Shown one piece after another: positions 59,385-64,000 of a stretch of 64,000 nt of DNA (position 1 is its first letter; each line of letters begins with the position of its first letter). The stretch comes from a bacterium. Its GTDB lineage: Bacteria; CLD3; SB21. The notes below the pieces were generated by a model, which did not search any database, was not told the origin of the DNA, and saw nothing but the letters and a program-made list of their open reading frames with translations. Where the stretch lies: contig JABWCP010000002.1 in NCBI GenBank assembly GCA_013360215.1, positions 1 through 64,000 on the forward strand, read 5' to 3'. The translations under genes and the position numbers were made by a program.

Positions 59385-60068
59385 TTAATTCCTTATATAA
59401 TTTTTAAAAGTAGAAAATTCCGATTCCGCCGATCGCCGGTCAAATACGGCACGCCCATTATCAAGAACGACGATACGGTTGCTCAATCCAAGGATTCGGT
59501 CCAGATCGTGCGTTATCATTACGATGCTATGGCCGCTAGCATGGTATTCTTTAAGCACTTCATCTAAAAAGCGGCAACCATGCACATCCAGTCCGGTATA
59601 AGGTTCATCCAAAAGTAACATCTGCGGCTCATGCAAAAGTGCTCGTGCAATAGACAGGCGCTGCAGCATGCCGCGTGAGAAGGTGCGAACTATATCATCA
59701 CCCCGTGCACCCAATCCGACACGTTTTAAAAGTGAGACCATGCGTGCCGAGGCATTGGAAACATTATACATATTAGCGTAAAAACGCAAATTTTCAATAG
59801 CCGTAAGATCATTGTATAAAAAAGATTGGTGGGATACCATGCCGATGGATTGTAAAAAAACGGAGCGACTGTTTTTTTCCATACTGTCCACCTGGATGGT
59901 GCCGGAAGACGGGCGTATCAATCCTGCAAGTAGTTTGAGTGTGGTCGTTTTGCCTGCACCGTTAGGACCAAGCAATGCCATAAAGTCACCCGGAGGGATT
60001 TCTATCGAAAGGTCATCCAGCGCTTTAAAACGGCCAAATTGTTTCGAAATGTGCTGTAATCGGATCAT
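59385..60068 (-). CDS. ccmA: Heme exporter ATP-binding protein CcmA
   Basis: GPNGAGKTT, LY..LTA.ENL.F, FSRGM.QRL, LLDEPYTGLD; lies within the ccm cluster. Confidence 0.85.
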   Translation of the reverse strand: MIRLQHISKQFGRFKALDDLSIEIPPGDFMALLGPNGAGKTTTLKLLAGLIRPSSGTIQVDSMEKNSRSVFLQSIGMVSHQSFLYNDLTAIENLRFYANMYNVSNASARMVSLLKRVGLGARGDDIVRTFSRGMLQRLSIARALLHEPQMLLLDEPYTGLDVHGCRFLDEVLKEYHASGHSIVMITHDLDRILGLSNRIVVLDNGRAVFDRRSAESEFSTFKNYIRN

Positions 60069-61270
60069 GCGCCGGCACGTTGGATGCGCTTTGAAACATC
60101 GCGCAGCTGATGCTTGAGATCGCGTCGCCGGTCTACATACTCACTGTTGTCCGAATTCTCAGCATATTCATCATCTAATCGAGCGATGGATGCGATCAGG
60201 TTTTCTTGCTCAGCCATCCAGTGTGCTTTTTGTTGCGCACCGCCGCCATCGGATTGATGTTTTCGATTGAGTGCGATATACAAAGCAAAAAGAAGAAATG
60301 ACATCAAAAGGGGAGCAAGAAAAAATACATTTCGTTGAATTTCGTTGGCGGCGGCATTTATCGGATGATCATCTTCTTGTGGCGCGCCGCCGCGTGCACT
60401 GCCGCCTTTAAAGCTAATACCTATCGTACTGCCGGATTTCAGGTTAGCAGCAGCCGTAATCGAAAAGTTATTCGCTTCCAATTGTTCATCATGAATATGT
60501 TGGAAATTCTCACCGCTGACTTCGATGTCTTTGGGCGTGACGAAGATACGAAATTCCGATACATCATAATACATCGGTTGCGCCCATGTTAAAGACTGCG
60601 AAGCATACGGTGCCGAAGCCGTGATTTGTATCTGTGTAGTGCCGGGGCGTAATGGAAAAGCGATACCTTGCTTGTCTTTATAGTTTACCACCGAAGCAGG
60701 TATTGGCATGCTTTTGTCAAAAGAGGTGGTTACCGCTTCCAATTTTACCCCGTCCGGAAGCTTAAACAAAAATGAAGGAGCATTGGGATCTTTGGGATTA
60801 AAAGTATTGGCGCCGTTATTGGTTATTTCAAAAGTTTGTTCGATTTCCAGTTTATCATCCGTACGAGCGACGATCATATGCGGAACGCGAACATCTATAT
60901 CGCGCCATTGATCGCTGACACCGGCTACGGATACATCGGCGGTATACAGTTTGTTTTCATTGATCATCACATTTTGTGTGTATAGGATGCCTTTGTATGA
61001 AGCTCGAATAAGATACGGAGCCATAGGATTGAGCGGAATATCTTTGAACGCATATTCCGATACATTGTCTAATTGCTGCAATGTTTGTAATCCTTGGCCG
61101 GATTTGATAAGTGTAACCCAATCTGCTTTTACAGGTTGTTTGGTCGAACCGAGTATAACTTTACCGCTTACCGAGGCCTGCGCAAAAAAACTGCGGGGGA
61201 CAAGTAAAGCCGATAAAACCATAAAGAGAAGCCAGCGTTTCATATAGGATTCCATAGGATAATTATGCAT
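60065..61270 (-). CDS. Periplasm-facing membrane protein of the ccm cluster (beta-sandwich domains, TM, C-terminal helical segment)
   Basis: Signal peptide (likely start at the later Met, MKRWLL); Y.I.A.YKG..Y; TM near the C-terminus; L...IA.LD..Y...Y..RR..LK tail. Confidence 0.7.
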   Translation of the reverse strand: MHNYPMESYMKRWLLFMVLSALLVPRSFFAQASVSGKVILGSTKQPVKADWVTLIKSGQGLQTLQQLDNVSEYAFKDIPLNPMAPYLIRASYKGILYTQNVMINENKLYTADVSVAGVSDQWRDIDVRVPHMIVARTDDKLEIEQTFEITNNGANTFNPKDPNAPSFLFKLPDGVKLEAVTTSFDKSMPIPASVVNYKDKQGIAFPLRPGTTQIQITASAPYASQSLTWAQPMYYDVSEFRIFVTPKDIEVSGENFQHIHDEQLEANNFSITAAANLKSGSTIGISFKGGSARGGAPQEDDHPINAAANEIQRNVFFLAPLLMSFLLFALYIALNRKHQSDGGGAQQKAHWMAEQENLIASIARLDDEYAENSDNSEYVDRRRDLKHQLRDVSKRIQRAGA

Positions 61271-61709
61271 TCAGTTTGGCTCCGCATTCGGAGCAAAATT
61301 TAGCCGTTTTCATATTTTCATGTTGGCAAGAAGGACATGTGACCTTTTGTACAACAATGGTTTTGGTGCGTCGGGATTGTATGAGATGCTCCAGATATTC
61401 GTCCGATACCTTTCCATTACCGTTGTCGCCTTGCTCGATAGCATCCATTCGTTTGAGAACATCGGCGAGCTCTTTGAGCGTAGCTTGACGCAAGTTTTGG
61501 TAATCAGCCTCGGCGATTTTGCCGATACCATACTCAAAATCCAAATCCTTGATGTCGGTATAAAGTTTTTGCTTCATATTAGCCAAATCGTCGCGATGCT
61601 GATCCTTGATCGGTTTGAGTCCGTAAGGCATCACATTTTTCGAAAAAAGCGGATACAGTACATATCCGAAAGTTGCTGCAGAAAGTAAAATCATCAATAA
61701 CGATAACAT
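61263..61709 (-). CDS. CcmI-like N-terminal domain plus zinc-ribbon protein
   Basis: TM ending YVLYPL; IKDLDFEY..GKI...DY..LR; CPSC...AKFCSECG. Confidence 0.78.
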   Translation of the reverse strand: MLSLLMILLSAATFGYVLYPLFSKNVMPYGLKPIKDQHRDDLANMKQKLYTDIKDLDFEYGIGKIAEADYQNLRQATLKELADVLKRMDAIEQGDNGNGKVSDEYLEHLIQSRRTKTIVVQKVTCPSCQHENMKTAKFCSECGAKLNA

Positions 61710-61712
61710 AAA

Positions 61713-62237
61713 TCACCGATCCATTTTTTTGAGTTCTTCTTCGATGCGTTGCGCGTACGGGTCGTCGGCGGGATGGGCCGGTGAAACCGTAACCGGAGCC
61801 GTTTTACCGGCCGTAATTTTTTTAATGAGAAAAACCACAACGATGATAAATATAACGAACAACAGAAAAGGCATGATCCACGCCAGAAGATCAAATCCTT
61901 TGGTTTCAGGTTGTGAAAGAATGGCTTTTCCCGCCGGGGGATTGTCACGAAACGAATATTCGGTCATAAAATATTGGATGATTGCATCGTGGGATTTACC
62001 TGCAACGATCATGTCTTCGATCGTATTGCGCATCGGCACAGCCGAAGGGCAGTTGATATGCCCGCATGTCCCGAGCACCAGATTGCAACCGCATTGGCAA
62101 ATCAATTCGCCCGATATCTTATTAAACATCTCATTTTGTTCGGCATTCAGTTTGGTCGTGTGTGCCGATCCGCCTTGGGAATAAAGTACGGAGGTTATTA
62201 AAAGCGAAGCGATACAATAAATCTTAAGCTTTTTCAA
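61713..62237 (-). CDS. ccmH: Cytochrome c biogenesis protein CcmH (Cys-rich variant)
   Basis: LICQCGC...C...C.SA..MR..I...G.S...I..YF, IL..P...GF.LLAW.MP. Confidence 0.88.
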   Translation of the reverse strand: MKKLKIYCIASLLITSVLYSQGGSAHTTKLNAEQNEMFNKISGELICQCGCNLVLGTCGHINCPSAVPMRNTIEDMIVAGKSHDAIIQYFMTEYSFRDNPPAGKAILSQPETKGFDLLAWIMPFLLFVIFIIVVVFLIKKITAGKTAPVTVSPAHPADDPYAQRIEEELKKMDR

Positions 62238-64000
62238 GCGTTTTTTCCTTTCGCATAGATTTGACGGATTTGCGATCTTCCTGATAAGCGGGGAGCAAAC
62301 AAATCAAAGTTCCAAAAACAAGTATCTCGGTGCCGAGCCAAACCAATGAAACCAGCGGATTGACATAAATCTGTAAAACGGCTTTTTTCTCGGTATCATC
62401 CAACCCGGTAAAAACGAGATATAAATCTTCTTTGAGTGTTTTATGTAACGCCACTTCTGTCGTAGGTTGTTGGCTGGAGCGATACATACGATATTCGGGC
62501 TTCAATTCATCAATCTTCTTATCATCTTTAAATACGGAAACGACCGCATAAGACGATTGATAGTTCGGCGTATTGGTAAAGTCCACTTTATCAACCTTCA
62601 AAAGGTAATCTTTCACCTGTCGGGATTCGCCCTGACCCAGCTCCGTTTTGGTTTCATAGTTAAAAATGCTGCCCGTAATACCTACGAAAATCACGACAAT
62701 GCCGAAGTGTACGATGTAGCCTCCGTAACGGCGCTTGTTTTTGAGTGTTAAGTTTTTGAGTGCGATTAATACATTTTCACCATTGGAACGCATACGCGCA
62801 CTTGTTCCTTTGGCAAATTCAATCACAATAACCGCCGCAACAAAAATATTGAGCACAAACGACATTAATCCGTAAAAATGCTGCGTAACAAACATGAATA
62901 TGACAACACCGCCGGCCAGGGCAATGATCGTGGGTAATAAGAAAGCTTTCCGCAAACTCGCAGCCGAAGTCTTACGCCATGCAAAGAGCGGTCCCGCGCC
63001 GGTAAGGAACAGAAGAAATAGCGCGATCGGAATATTTACTTTATTGAAAAACGGCGCACCCACGACAATTTTTTCACCGGTGACGGCTTCTGAAATGATA
63101 GGGAACACCGTACCCCATAATACGGCAAAACAAGAAATCAAAAGCACGAGGTTATTAAACAAAAAACTGCTTTCACGCGATAAGGCCGAATCAAGCTGCC
63201 CTTCGCTCTTAAGCATTGGCAAGCGCTTTACAACAAACCAAACCGAAACCAGTAAAGTCAACGTGATGAAGGATATAAAATAGATTCCTATCGAACCTTG
63301 CGCAAAGGCGTGTACCGAGGAAACAACGCCGGAACGGGTGAGAAATGTACCGAAAATACACAGAAGGTACGTGGCAATGATCAAAGAAACGTTCCAAACT
63401 TTGAACATATTCTTTTTTTCCTGAATCATCACCGAATGTAAAAAAGCCGTTCCGGTAAGCCAAGGCATCAGCGATGCGTTTTCAACCGGATCCCAAGCCC
63501 AATATCCGCCCCAACCGAGCTCTTCGTAAGCCCACCAACCGCCCATCATGATACCGGCGCTTTGAAAAAGCCACGCAAAAAGAGTCCAACGGCGCGATAG
63601 CTTGATCCATTCGTCATTGAGTTGTCCGGAAATCAAAGCTGCCATAGCAAAAGCAAACGGAATAGCAAACCCGACATAACCCACAAAAAGTGTAGGCGGG
63701 TGGATTACCATCGCGGGATGTTGCAAAAGCGGATTTAAACCACGACCGTCCTGCGGGCGGAACATGGTTTCACTCCCGTCACCATGATGGGTTACAAGGA
63801 CATCAAACGGGTTGGAAGAAAAAAGATTGAGAGCCAGAAAAAAAACTTGTGTGATCATCGTGACGACGATAACCCACGGCATGAGCTCACCAAAACTATT
63901 GCGGTATCTGTACACGACGGCAAAACTATATGCCGCTAGCAACAGCGACCACAAAAGCAGTGACCCGGCCTGACCTGCCCAAAATGTATATTTGTAAAAA
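62224..64000 (-). CDS. ccmF: Cytochrome c heme lyase CcmF, 5'-truncated by the window edge
   Basis: WAGQAGSLLLW, GLNPLLQHP.M.IHPP, WAYEELGWGGYWAWDPVENAS, TRSG..SSVHAF, YGGYIVHFG. Confidence 0.96.
   Translation of the reverse strand, partial: FYKYTFWAGQAGSLLLWSLLLAAYSFAVVYRYRNSFGELMPWVIVVTMITQVFFLALNLFSSNPFDVLVTHHGDGSETMFRPQDGRGLNPLLQHPAMVIHPPTLFVGYVGFAIPFAFAMAALISGQLNDEWIKLSRRWTLFAWLFQSAGIMMGGWWAYEELGWGGYWAWDPVENASLMPWLTGTAFLHSVMIQEKKNMFKVWNVSLIIATYLLCIFGTFLTRSGVVSSVHAFAQGSIGIYFISFITLTLLVSVWFVVKRLPMLKSEGQLDSALSRESSFLFNNLVLLISCFAVLWGTVFPIISEAVTGEKIVVGAPFFNKVNIPIALFLLFLTGAGPLFAWRKTSAASLRKAFLLPTIIALAGGVVIFMFVTQHFYGLMSFVLNIFVAAVIVIEFAKGTSARMRSNGENVLIALKNLTLKNKRRYGGYIVHFGIVVIFVGITGSIFNYETKTELGQGESRQVKDYLLKVDKVDFTNTPNYQSSYAVVSVFKDDKKIDELKPEYRMYRSSQQPTTEVALHKTLKEDLYLVFTGLDDTEKKAVLQIYVNPLVSLVWLGTEILVFGTLICLLPAYQEDRKSVKSMRKEKTLEKA

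Noticed and set aside
1-64000. CRISPR arrays, tRNA/rRNA genes, IS elements, integrases, prophage or defence islands
   Set aside because: None recognised; intergenic spaces are short and the long ORFs fit housekeeping or envelope families. A small ncRNA could still be missed by eye.

Overview
Gene-dense, mostly housekeeping chromosomal window from a diderm bacterium. T9SS/FlgD-type C-terminal sorting domains, D-S/T-rich exported proteins, ScpAB and System I cytochrome c maturation suggest the FCB group or a Calditrichota-like lineage (inference). It opens inside a giant Ig-repeat surface protein gene (>2,100 codons). That gene has a ~2.08 kb protein-level repeat, a ~1.9 kb strongly G/T-skewed block and a frameshift that looks like a microhomology deletion at ~1711. 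Next come uvrD/pcrA, a large TPR protein, suhB-yajC-def-thiS, thiG, a cNMP histidine kinase, GT2, meaB, an atypical receiver, pepD-cobB-tmk-DUF445, a choice-of-anchor B cargo protein and mltD. These are followed by RNase P RNA, HNH, trpS, pepP, scpA-scpB-(PrdB/GrdB-like)-rluB-cmk, a kinase/peptidase envelope cluster, mutL-miaA, cyclophilin, an NHL protein, a large outer-membrane barrel, PGI/PMI and a ccm cluster. The strongest novelty candidate is an ScpA kleisin with a ~520-aa acidic disordered tail ending in a MinD-like amphipathic helix (a possible membrane-tethered SMC), in the same operon as a PrdB/GrdB-like protein whose Sec/Cys motif is replaced by Gly. Other notable items are an atypical RNase P RNA, very dense O-glycosylation-like sequons and a recurrent TTGnnn-N17-TAnnTTGC promoter. 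No tRNA, rRNA, CRISPR array or mobile element was recognised. All family calls come from motif recognition by eye, not database searches.
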